From positions 160,001 through 224,000 of the forward strand of contig CAWJEN010000005.1 of NCBI GenBank assembly GCA_963841915.1: a stretch of DNA of 64,000 bases, in the 5' to 3' direction. Source of the stretch: an uncultured Planctomycetota bacterium (lineage in GTDB: Bacteria > Planctomycetota > Phycisphaerae > Tepidisphaerales > Tepidisphaeraceae). Below are positions 49,407 to 57,090 of the stretch, one piece after another. The number at the start of each line of letters is the position of its first letter. Position 1 is the stretch's first letter. Under the pieces are notes generated by a model that worked only from the letters and a program-made list of their open reading frames with translations, was not told the DNA's origin and made no database searches. The position numbers and the translations under genes were made by a program.

Positions 49407-50255
49407 ATGCACGATAGCACAACACCACAATCAGCAACGCCGTCAAAGATCGACCTCCGCGAGGGAGAGGTACTCGTCCTGCGGACGTGCAAGCCGGACG
49501 GCAAAAGCCGCTGCGACTTTCAATGGCCCATGAGCGGAGAGGTGAGCTGCCCGGATTGGCTGCCAACCTCAAAGTGCGGAAACGGCTTGCACGGCCTGCT
49601 TCGGGGGGTGGGAGACGCCGGATACCTCGACCCGTTCCCAGGCCGGGAGGTCGGGTATGTCGCCATGCTCGTCGTCGTGCACGAGTCGGACATCGTGGAC
49701 CTGGGGGAGAAGGTGAAGTTTTCACGAGGTCGCGTCGTCTTTGCCGGGACAATCCATGACGCGGCTGCAATTCTCAAAGCCCATTATCCTGCGTCGCCCA
49801 TTGTCTTCGGCACGGCCACCGCCGGCGACAGCGGCACGGCCACCGCCGGCGACAGGGGCACGGCCACCGCCGGCTACAGCGGCACGGCCACCGCCGGCTA
49901 CAGGGGCACGGCCACCGCCGGCGACAGCGGCACGGCCACCGCCGGCGACAGGGGCACGGCCACCGCCGGCTACAGGGGCACGGCCACCGCCGGCGACAGC
50001 GGCACGGCCACCGCCGGCGACAGGGGCACGGCCACCGCCGGCTACAGGGGCACGGCCACCGCCGGCGACAGCGGCACGGCCACCGCCGGCAAAGAGGGTG
50101 CTCTCGTCGTGGAGTGGTACGACCAGAAGCACGGCTGCTACCGCCGCGCAGTCGGGCACGTTGACGGAGAAAAGCTGCTCCCGGGCACGCCCTACCGCGT
50201 CACTGACGTTGGTGAGTTCGTCGCCGTCAAGGAAAGCGGGGCCCGTAGTGAATAG
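49407..50255 (+). CDS. Miniature ice-nucleation-protein (InaZ-like) homologue
   Basis: AAGGAA RBS; N cap LVLRTC...WP.SG.V...W..T....NGL.GLL.G.G...VKF.R..VV; 12 GTATAGxx repeats; C cap ending PGTPYRV. Confidence 0.8.
   Translation: MHDSTTPQSATPSKIDLREGEVLVLRTCKPDGKSRCDFQWPMSGEVSCPDWLPTSKCGNGLHGLLRGVGDAGYLDPFPGREVGYVAMLVVVHESDIVDLGEKVKFSRGRVVFAGTIHDAAAILKAHYPASPIVFGTATAGDSGTATAGDRGTATAGYSGTATAGYRGTATAGDSGTATAGDRGTATAGYRGTATAGDSGTATAGDRGTATAGYRGTATAGDSGTATAGKEGALVVEWYDQKHGCYRRAVGHVDGEKLLPGTPYRVTDVGEFVAVKESGARSE
49809..50096 (+). repeat. 24-bp tandem repeat x12
   Basis: GGCACGGCCACCGCCGGC(G/T)ACAG(C/G); last unit ends AAAGAG. Confidence 0.97.
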
Positions 50256-51180
50256 CAACACCTTCGCCCCCGGCATCTATGCCGACATCCCGCCGGCAAC
50301 CTACCACGCCATCGAGGCCGTCAGCAGCAGCATTCTCAAGCGGATGCACACGACCAGCCCGCTGCACGCCCAGCACCTCGCCGCCGAGGGCATGGCCGAC
50401 AGCAAGGCCTTGACGTTCGGCGACAGCTGCCACGCCGCACTGCTCGAGCCGGACCGCTTCGATGCCGAGTACGTCGTGGCTGGTCAGTGCAACGCCAATA
50501 AGAAGGACAGCACACGTTGCAGCAACCAGGGCACGCGGCAGTTCGCCCGCGAGACGTGCGGCGAGCATGAGCCGGCCCTCGACCCGTGGTTCTGCGGCGT
50601 CCACGCGAAGTCAGCCGACGCCGAGCTGGAGATCACGCCCGAACGGCTCGTCAGCCGCGAGGAACGCGACCGGCTCATTCGCATCCGCCGCCGGCTATGG
50701 AGCGACAACGCAACACGGCCGGCACTTGAGCAGGCCACGCGGGTCGAGCTGACCGTCATCTGGCAAGACGAGGCCACGGGCCTGCTGTGCAAGGCACGGC
50801 CTGACCTGCTGATCGAGCAGGACGTGCGGGTCATGTACGACCTCAAGACGACCAGCGCCGCGACGTTGCGCGAGTTCGAGCGAAAAGCCGGCGGCCTCGC
50901 GTACCACCTGCAGCTTGCGATGTACGCCGACGGCCTCGCCGCCAACGGCATCGACATCGACCACGCCGGCATCATCGCCGTCGAGTCAGCAGCCCCGCAT
51001 GACGTGGTCCGCTGGGTCGCGACGGACGACTACATGAGCGAGGGCTACGCCGCGTTCCGTGCCGCGATCGAGTTGTACGCCGACTGCAGCAACGCCGGCA
51101 CATGGCCGGGCGTGGCGGCCGGGACGCCCAAAGCGCTCAACCTTCCCCCCTACCTCCGCAACCAGAACACAGAGCTATGA
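50248..51180 (+). CDS. RecE/exonuclease VIII-like PD-(D/E)xK nuclease
   Basis: PGIY...YH...SSS.LK, CKARPD, DLKTT, YHLQLAMY; Cys/His-rich insert. Confidence 0.88.
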   Translation: MNSNTFAPGIYADIPPATYHAIEAVSSSILKRMHTTSPLHAQHLAAEGMADSKALTFGDSCHAALLEPDRFDAEYVVAGQCNANKKDSTRCSNQGTRQFARETCGEHEPALDPWFCGVHAKSADAELEITPERLVSREERDRLIRIRRRLWSDNATRPALEQATRVELTVIWQDEATGLLCKARPDLLIEQDVRVMYDLKTTSAATLREFERKAGGLAYHLQLAMYADGLAANGIDIDHAGIIAVESAAPHDVVRWVATDDYMSEGYAAFRAAIELYADCSNAGTWPGVAAGTPKALNLPPYLRNQNTEL

Positions 51181-52145
51181 GCGACACCACCGAAAACAAG
51201 CAGAACGCGATCGAGCCACGCCGTTCGATGTCCATGACATCGCGTGGCCTGCAGCCTGAGAACTTTGACGACCTCTGGCGGCTTGCAACAGCGATCGACC
51301 GCAGCGGCCTTGCTCCGAAGGACATGCGCACGCCCGAGACGATCTTCGTCGCATTGGAAATGGGCCTCGAGCTTGGCCTACCGGCCATGGCTTCGCTGCG
51401 GCAGATCGCGGTCATCAACGGCAGGCCGTCGATATGGGGCGATGCCGCGTTGGCCCTCTGCAAAGCGAGCGGAGAACTCGAAGACTTCGAGGAATACGTC
51501 GAGGGCGACTATGAGGACATGGTGGCGACAGTGAAGGTTAAGCGGAGAGGTTTCTCCCGCCCCGTCGTCCAGACCTTCAGCGTCGATGACGCCAAGCGTG
51601 CCGGGCTCCTTGGCAAGTCCGGGCCGTGGCAGCAGTACCGGGCCCGCATGTTGAAGCTGAGGGCTCGCGGCTTCGCGCTTCGCGACACGTTCGCCGACGT
51701 GCTGCAGGGCCTGTATCTAGCGGAGGAAGCCCAGGACATCCCGCCAGACGAGCCGAAGCCTCGCAAGGTCGACAGCCGGGCGGTCACCAATGACGCGTTG
51801 GCCGCTTTGCCAGACCACAGCGACAGCAGCCCGGCGGTGACGGGCGTCATCAAGCCGCCAAACGACGAGCCCGAGGCCAAGACGGAACGGATGGAACGAC
51901 CCGAGCACGACGACGAAGGCGAGGTTGCCGCCGAGTCACCAGCCGACAAAGCCAAGCCCGAAGATCCGCGACGGGATCGCAAGCCGGGTCACTACGACGC
52001 GGACGAGATAGACGACCAGCCGCCGCCCGACGTCATGCCAGCTGCCGAGCAGAAGGCGAAAGAGGCCGAGCTGCCTGACATGAACAACGCCTGGGAGCTC
52101 GATCAGGAGTCGGACGGTCAGTCAGCCATGGCGGCCGGGGCATAG
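51177..52145 (+). CDS. RecT-like single-strand annealing protein
   Basis: GLELGL...IAVINGRP, GPWQQY..RML..RA..FALRD.F.D...G.Y..EE; acidic tail. Confidence 0.85.
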   Translation: MSDTTENKQNAIEPRRSMSMTSRGLQPENFDDLWRLATAIDRSGLAPKDMRTPETIFVALEMGLELGLPAMASLRQIAVINGRPSIWGDAALALCKASGELEDFEEYVEGDYEDMVATVKVKRRGFSRPVVQTFSVDDAKRAGLLGKSGPWQQYRARMLKLRARGFALRDTFADVLQGLYLAEEAQDIPPDEPKPRKVDSRAVTNDALAALPDHSDSSPAVTGVIKPPNDEPEAKTERMERPEHDDEGEVAAESPADKAKPEDPRRDRKPGHYDADEIDDQPPPDVMPAAEQKAKEAELPDMNNAWELDQESDGQSAMAAGA

Positions 52146-52341
52146 CTGGAAGTACGGGCCGGAGTCATGCAGCGGGCGGTCAGCCCGGCCCGGGCGGCGA
52201 CAAGTCGCCCAGCAAACACCCGCAGCGGCCCCGTGTGAGTACCCACGGAAGACACCGCCGAGTAGTTCACGAGACGAACAGGCAGCCGGATCAGCGGCTG
52301 CCGACCACCCTGCCGCCGACCTCACGCGGCGGCAGGGCTTC

Positions 52342-52416
52342 GGGCGGATGGGATTGAGGTGATGCGATGCACGCGGCGTCGGCACACCTCGCCGGGTTCG
52401 ACTCCCGGCCCGCCCT
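52342..52416 (+). ncRNA. tRNA-like element (acceptor-like stem and canonical T arm; no canonical D/anticodon arm)
   Basis: GGGCGG/CCGCCC terminal stem, CCGGG-TTCGACT-CCCGG T arm, internal stem GAGGTG/CACCTC; 75 nt in an intergenic tract. Confidence 0.6.
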
Positions 52417-52454
52417 TCACGACGCCGCACAACTTCACCCGCAGGACACGTCAC

Positions 52455-53081
52455 ATGCCCACTGGATACGAACCAGCCCCAGACACCGTCGATGCCATGA
52501 TCAACCGGCTCATCGACCTGAACCACCCAGACCTCCAGAAGTCGAAACCGACGATCACAGCGTTGATGGCGTTCGAGATCCTGCCGGACTCGGAAGACGG
52601 CGAATCACGCAAGCCCGGTCCGTGCCTTCGCCGGTTCGGCTTCAACGTGCCGGCACGCACGCGGATCACCAGCCTCGAGCAACGCGTGGGCGGCATGGAT
52701 GACATCGTGCTGCAGATCGATGACCACTCGTGGAAGGAGCTTGACCAGATGAAACGGGAGGCCGTTCTCGATCAGCAACTTCACAGCCTGGAGGTGATGC
52801 GAGACGCCGACGGAGCGGACAAGGAAGACGACGCCGGTCGGCCAAAGTTCCGCATCAAGCGGCCCGACTGGCTCGTCAGCGGGTACGAGACGATCGCCAG
52901 GCGTTACGGCCACGACTCGCCCGAGATCAGGTCGTGGAAGAAGGAGTCGGCTCGATTCAACCAGCTGCAATTCAACTGGAGCGAGGAAAACGAAGCCGTC
53001 GCCGCCAAGGCCAAGGGAGCAAAGAAGACAGCGAAGAAACCGGCTGTCGGGACGGGCTCGGCCTCCGTTCCGGTTCAGTAG
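52455..53081 (+). CDS. Phage metallopeptidase-family protein with degenerate HExxH
   Basis: HPDL, D....ID...W..L....REAVLDQQLHS, IARRYG; CAGGAC RBS. Confidence 0.7.
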   Translation: MPTGYEPAPDTVDAMINRLIDLNHPDLQKSKPTITALMAFEILPDSEDGESRKPGPCLRRFGFNVPARTRITSLEQRVGGMDDIVLQIDDHSWKELDQMKREAVLDQQLHSLEVMRDADGADKEDDAGRPKFRIKRPDWLVSGYETIARRYGHDSPEIRSWKKESARFNQLQFNWSEENEAVAAKAKGAKKTAKKPAVGTGSASVPVQ

Positions 53082-53171
53082 TCACGCCCGGACGAGCTGC
53101 CGCTAACGCGGCCGCTCGTTCTTACCGGTCGCACAACGCGGCCAACCCATGACCCGCAGGACGCACCCATC

Positions 53172-53567
53172 ATGCTCGTTCTTCAGCTTCTGACCGATCA
53201 ACGCATCATCCTCCGCGACCGAGACACAGACGCTGCCATCGCAGTCGTCGCCGTGACGCAAATCGGCCGCGGCAAGGTCCGGCTCGGCATATCGGCACCT
53301 GACACGGTCATCGCAGACCGCGAGGCGATCGACAACGCCAAGCAGGCAGCACGCCAACGCGGCGGACCATCGCTGCCGGTGCCGCCGGTGACCGTGGCCG
53401 AGACGCCGTATCTGCAGCCGGCGGATAGCCGCAAGCGGTGCAACTGCGGCCCACTCGACATGATCGAGAGCCGCAGCCTCCGCGGACGTTGCGACAAGTG
53501 CGGCCACAGGATCAACACGCACGCGCCGATCGTTCGGCCGACCCTGACGCTGAGGAGCCCGCAATGA
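53172..53567 (+). CDS. CsrA-like RNA-binding protein with C-terminal zinc ribbon
   Basis: MLVL......I......V..I..GKVRLGISAP..V...RE; then CNCG...CDKCG. Confidence 0.8.
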   Translation: MLVLQLLTDQRIILRDRDTDAAIAVVAVTQIGRGKVRLGISAPDTVIADREAIDNAKQAARQRGGPSLPVPPVTVAETPYLQPADSRKRCNCGPLDMIESRSLRGRCDKCGHRINTHAPIVRPTLTLRSPQ

Positions 53568-53824
53568 GCGAAGCCGACACGTTCTACACAACGGCGGAGC
53601 TGGCGACGCGCTGGAAAGTTAGCGAAGACACCGCCGCCCGTCGGATCGATGAGTACGACCTCGCCCTGCCGTTCAAGCCCCGCCGCGTACCGGCTGCTCG
53701 CCTCGCCAAGTTTGAGAACGCCAGCGGCACGCAGGAGGTGTCGGGCAGCGTCGCCAAGAAGAAGCCGGGCCGCAAGCCCAAGCACCGCCCGGCAATCGAC
53801 CACAGCGTCCTGGCCGGCCTCTAG
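53564..53824 (+). CDS. Excisionase-like HTH protein
   Basis: 'FYTTAELATRWKVSEDTAARR'; near the integrase. Confidence 0.7.
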   Translation: MSEADTFYTTAELATRWKVSEDTAARRIDEYDLALPFKPRRVPAARLAKFENASGTQEVSGSVAKKKPGRKPKHRPAIDHSVLAGL

Positions 53825-53862
53825 GCCGCCGCCGTTCCCACCCCCACCTGACCCCAACGCCC

Positions 53863-54333
53863 ATGAGCAAGTCCAAACCACATACGCATGACGCCGCGGT
53901 GCTGAAAGCGGGAGAGTGGCTGCAACGCATTCGCAGGTGCGACGTCGTTCTGCTCGAGCCTGTCGTCGCCAACAGGCGTGTGAGCGAGTGCCCGGATGGC
54001 TACGGCATTGCCCCTGATGGCAGCCACGTCGTTGAATGCAAGGTCAGCATCACTGACTTTGTTCGCGACAAGCACAAGCCGTTCCGCCAAGTTCCGAGTG
54101 AAGGCATGGGGCGATGGCGTTGGTACATGACACCCGCCGGCCTCATCGACGCTCCGTGCTTTGATCGTAATGCGCCAGACGGATGGGGCTGGGTCGAATA
54201 CGGCAAGGGCCGCTGCGGCTTTCGCATATTAAGGCGAGCTGAGCCGTTCGACGCGGTGAGTTTTGCGGAGCCGCTGATGCTCCGCATGCGGCTTACTGAG
54301 AACGTCCGCAGCCGTCGCCAGCAAGCCGCCTGA
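53863..54333 (+). CDS. PD-(D/E)xK nuclease-like protein (MmcB-like)
   Basis: E.PD..G...S..VECKVS..DF..D..K.FR....GMG.WRWY..P. Confidence 0.7.
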   Translation: MSKSKPHTHDAAVLKAGEWLQRIRRCDVVLLEPVVANRRVSECPDGYGIAPDGSHVVECKVSITDFVRDKHKPFRQVPSEGMGRWRWYMTPAGLIDAPCFDRNAPDGWGWVEYGKGRCGFRILRRAEPFDAVSFAEPLMLRMRLTENVRSRRQQAA

Positions 54334-54413
54334 CCCCTTCCCCCGCCTGACCCCAAAGCCCATGCACGACAACAACAACCAGCCCAGCAACGAACAGCTT
54401 AAGGAGCCGACCG

Positions 54414-54728
54414 ATGTTGTTTGATTTTTTCTACGAGATCGATCCACCATTCCGTCCGTTGGTAGACGGAGACTTGATTCCGGTCCAGCCACCGGACCTT
54501 GGCGGTTCCGTTCTCATTGCAGAAGTCGTAGTCGTGGACGGGCGGAGGTTTGTTGTTGCATACGGCGACGTTGTCGGTTTCGCGCCGATCGTGATGGCGG
54601 GTCCCCGAACCTTGATTGTCTGGAGAAAAGCCGACCTCGGAAACGAGGTTGCTGCCCGCTACGTCGGCCGCGTCTTCGCATCGATTGAAGCCGCCCGGGC
54701 CGAGCTCGACCCGCTAGAGGCCGAATGA
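54414..54728 (+). CDS. Phage hypothetical protein
   Basis: AAGGAG RBS; 104 aa. Confidence 0.55.
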   Translation: MLFDFFYEIDPPFRPLVDGDLIPVQPPDLGGSVLIAEVVVVDGRRFVVAYGDVVGFAPIVMAGPRTLIVWRKADLGNEVAARYVGRVFASIEAARAELDPLEAE

Positions 54729-54788
54729 CCACGAGCGATCGCGCGAAAACACGCCCCAAACCCGCCTGACCAGTTGCCCGACCGGCCT

Positions 54789-56057
54789 CTAGCCATCCCT
54801 AAGCCACTCCCGAACATGCCCGGAAACTTTCTCCAACCTCGACCACGGCGGATGCTCGTAGATCGCGTCGATGCCGCTCGGCTTGTGACCGGACACGGTG
54901 CGAGCTGCCACCGGATCGCCGGCCCCGCCGCTAATGCTGCGATGAGTGTGACGCACGCCGTGGATGCCCTTGCCGGGTGCCTTGATGCCGGCGGCCGCCT
55001 TGAGCTTGGCAAACGCCTGAGCGACGGCGGACTGTTTCGAGCCGCCGACGGGTGCACCGTCGTCATCGACCACGAGGTCATCACGGACCCACGGCAGGCC
55101 ACGCGAGGTGCGAAACAACAGCTCATCACCCGGCCGCGTCTCTGCCAGTCGCTGCAGCACGACATCGAGGGCGGCCCGCGTCTCAGGCCACAGCGGCACG
55201 AGGTGATCGACGTCCGTCTTAGGTCGCCACTCATCGACGCGGCCGAAGCTACCCGCCTTGAGGTGCAACGCCGCGACAGGAAGCTGAGCGAGCTCGCCCG
55301 CGTGATACCCGCCGTTGATCGCAAGCCACACCATGGCACGGATCTGGACCGCCGACTCCCGCATCCGCGAATGCACGCCGCCGCCACGGCCGGCGATGCT
55401 CGAGCGACCAACGCCACGGCCGGCAGCCCGCAGCAGCGCCCGCACCTCGGCACGGTCGAACATCTTGTCACGACCACGACGACCCGTCAGCCGGTGGTCG
55501 GGTGCACGCAGGTCGGCCATGAAGCTACGGCCAAACGCCGGCACGCGATCAATGACCTCGTCGTCTGCGGCAGCCCTAAACATCGTCTTCGCGAGCGACA
55601 GCATCAGCCGCCGCGTCCGTTCGCCCTTGGCCTTGGCAAAGACGCCGGCACGCAGCACGCGGAACGCAGCCGGGCCGATCACCTCGGCGGGCTCGTGGCG
55701 GCCGAGGTGATCGAGCACGAGGCCGACAGCGTCGCGGCATTCGCCGAAGTAGGACGGAGTCAACTTGCCGGAGAGCAAAGCTTCCTGCTGACCGCCGAGC
55801 CAGTAGGCCGCGACGTCGGCGACGGTCGGGCCATCGACACGAGGCCGAGCCGACCCGTCAGGCGGCAGGCCCCAACGCAGCCGCAACGCCGGGGCGTTCG
55901 CTTCCCAATACGCCAGGGCCTCATCGGCCGGCAGCTTGCCGCAGACGTGGCGAACCTTGCCGCCGATTTTCTTCACCCAGCCGCGAGCGTGCGGAGTCAA
56001 CGGGAACGACGGGTACGGCTTAACGACAGGCCATTCTTTGCTCGTGGATCGGGCCAT
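54789..56057 (-). CDS. int: Tyrosine recombinase (phage integrase)
   Basis: RPKT, HGVRH, GH, AIY catalytic motifs; adjacent to attR. Confidence 0.92.
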   Translation of the reverse strand: MARSTSKEWPVVKPYPSFPLTPHARGWVKKIGGKVRHVCGKLPADEALAYWEANAPALRLRWGLPPDGSARPRVDGPTVADVAAYWLGGQQEALLSGKLTPSYFGECRDAVGLVLDHLGRHEPAEVIGPAAFRVLRAGVFAKAKGERTRRLMLSLAKTMFRAAADDEVIDRVPAFGRSFMADLRAPDHRLTGRRGRDKMFDRAEVRALLRAAGRGVGRSSIAGRGGGVHSRMRESAVQIRAMVWLAINGGYHAGELAQLPVAALHLKAGSFGRVDEWRPKTDVDHLVPLWPETRAALDVVLQRLAETRPGDELLFRTSRGLPWVRDDLVVDDDGAPVGGSKQSAVAQAFAKLKAAAGIKAPGKGIHGVRHTHRSISGGAGDPVAARTVSGHKPSGIDAIYEHPPWSRLEKVSGHVREWLRDG

Positions 56058-56060
56058 AGG

Positions 56061-56080
56061 TCACAACCTTCGTCACAACC
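56061..56080 (+). repeat. Putative integrase arm-type sites (right)
   Basis: TCACAACC at 56061-56068 and 56073-56080, directly upstream of the int start codon. Confidence 0.7.
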
Positions 56081-56244
56081 TCGTTCAGCCAAAACGGCCA
56101 TAGCAGGCCGCCAGAGCGGGCGAGCCCGCAGGTTGCAAGCTACACGCGGACATCGCACGCAGCCACTCGGAATCGTCTTTTATCAGGACGCCAGGGCCGA
56201 ACGAGCTACAGTCAGAGCGTCGCAAGCGTTCGCCACGCTGGCGA

Positions 56245-56288
56245 CTTTTAACCGGAGTGTCGTGGGTTCGAATCCCACCCGGTCCACT
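56245..56288 (+). repeat. attR core (44 bp; displaced 3' half of tRNA-Lys)
   Basis: Identical to 21640-21683. Confidence 0.97.
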
Positions 56289-56309
56289 TCCCGATGCGTT
56301 GTCGCAGAT

Positions 56310-57083
56310 ATGCCGCTCGCCCGTGACGATGCCGTCTGCTTGAGGATCACGCCTTTCGGCGAGACGTCACAGGTCGTCTCGGTTCTGTGTCGTGAACGCG
56401 GCCGGGTACGGCTGCTGGTCAAGGGGGCCAGGCGTCGAACCAAGGCCGGCAAGGGCAAGTTCGACGGCGGACTCGAGTCGTTGGATTTGGGGCACGTGTT
56501 GTTCGCCCACGTGCCAGATCGCGACCTGAGCGTCATGACGGAGTGGAAATTGCTCGATGGGCATCGACACCTGCGTCATGACCTGCGGGCGATGTGGCTG
56601 GGCATGTACGCAGCCGAGCTCGTCGACCGCCTTATCGAGGAGCACGACCCGCACCCGAAGCTGTACGACGGGTTTCTCAGGCTGCTGTCGCGGCTGACAG
56701 AGGATCAGACCCGAGAAGCCGTTATGGTCGCATTCGTGCTTAATCTGATTCGGCAAGCCGGCATTCTGCCCGACTTTGCGGTGTGTCACGACGGCACACC
56801 GACGCATCGGGCGCTGGCTGACCAGGACACGCTCAGCTTCGACGCCGACCGGGCGGTGCTGCATCGCGGCGATGAGGATGTGCCAAGCGACGCGCGGCCG
56901 GTTGCAGCGGAGGGCGTGGCAGTGATTCTGTCCCTGCTTCGGCTGACCCGCACAGGCGGCGAGATCCCGACGATCGACCGATCCGACGCCGACGCTGCCC
57001 ATCGGCTCCTGGCAACGCACCTTCGACATCAGACCGATGCCCGGCTGCGGACCGCCCGCTTCGTCTTCCACGAGCGGCTCTGA
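56310..57083 (+). CDS. recO: DNA repair protein RecO
   Basis: AVCLR..PFGETSQVV..L....GR...LVKGARR, YAAEL, DPHPKLY, GILPDF. Confidence 0.9.
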   Translation: MPLARDDAVCLRITPFGETSQVVSVLCRERGRVRLLVKGARRRTKAGKGKFDGGLESLDLGHVLFAHVPDRDLSVMTEWKLLDGHRHLRHDLRAMWLGMYAAELVDRLIEEHDPHPKLYDGFLRLLSRLTEDQTREAVMVAFVLNLIRQAGILPDFAVCHDGTPTHRALADQDTLSFDADRAVLHRGDEDVPSDARPVAAEGVAVILSLLRLTRTGGEIPTIDRSDADAAHRLLATHLRHQTDARLRTARFVFHERL

Positions 57084-57090
57084 CCGCAAA

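Larger units (their letters stand above)
21640..56288. mobile_element. Siphovirus-like prophage (~34.6 kb) in tRNA-Lys
   Basis: 44-bp att repeats, tyrosine integrase, repressor/cro-like pair, RecE/RecT, terminase, lambda-type portal, capsid, tail tube, tape measure; no sheath gene. Confidence 0.97.

Noticed and set aside
49809..50096. CRISPR array or DGR template/variable repeat
   Set aside because: Head-to-tail coding repeat with no spacers; variation is not adenine-specific; no cas or reverse transcriptase gene in the window
49741..50247. ATARPPP repeats as an N-terminal extension of the RecE-like protein
   Set aside because: Alternative frame of the 24-bp repeat; nuclease similarity starts at GTG 50248
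52342..52416. Functional tRNA-Ala(CGC)
   Set aside because: A 7-nt loop CACGCGG can be drawn but lacks U33, the D stem does not pair and acceptor pair 7 is mismatched; kept only as tRNA-like
56245..56288. Second tRNA-Lys gene
   Set aside because: Only the 3' half is present; the 5' acceptor strand and D arm are missing
54774..57083. 769-aa ORF as a single giant RecO
   Set aside because: RecO similarity begins at ATG 56310; the rest is antisense to the integrase and crosses attR
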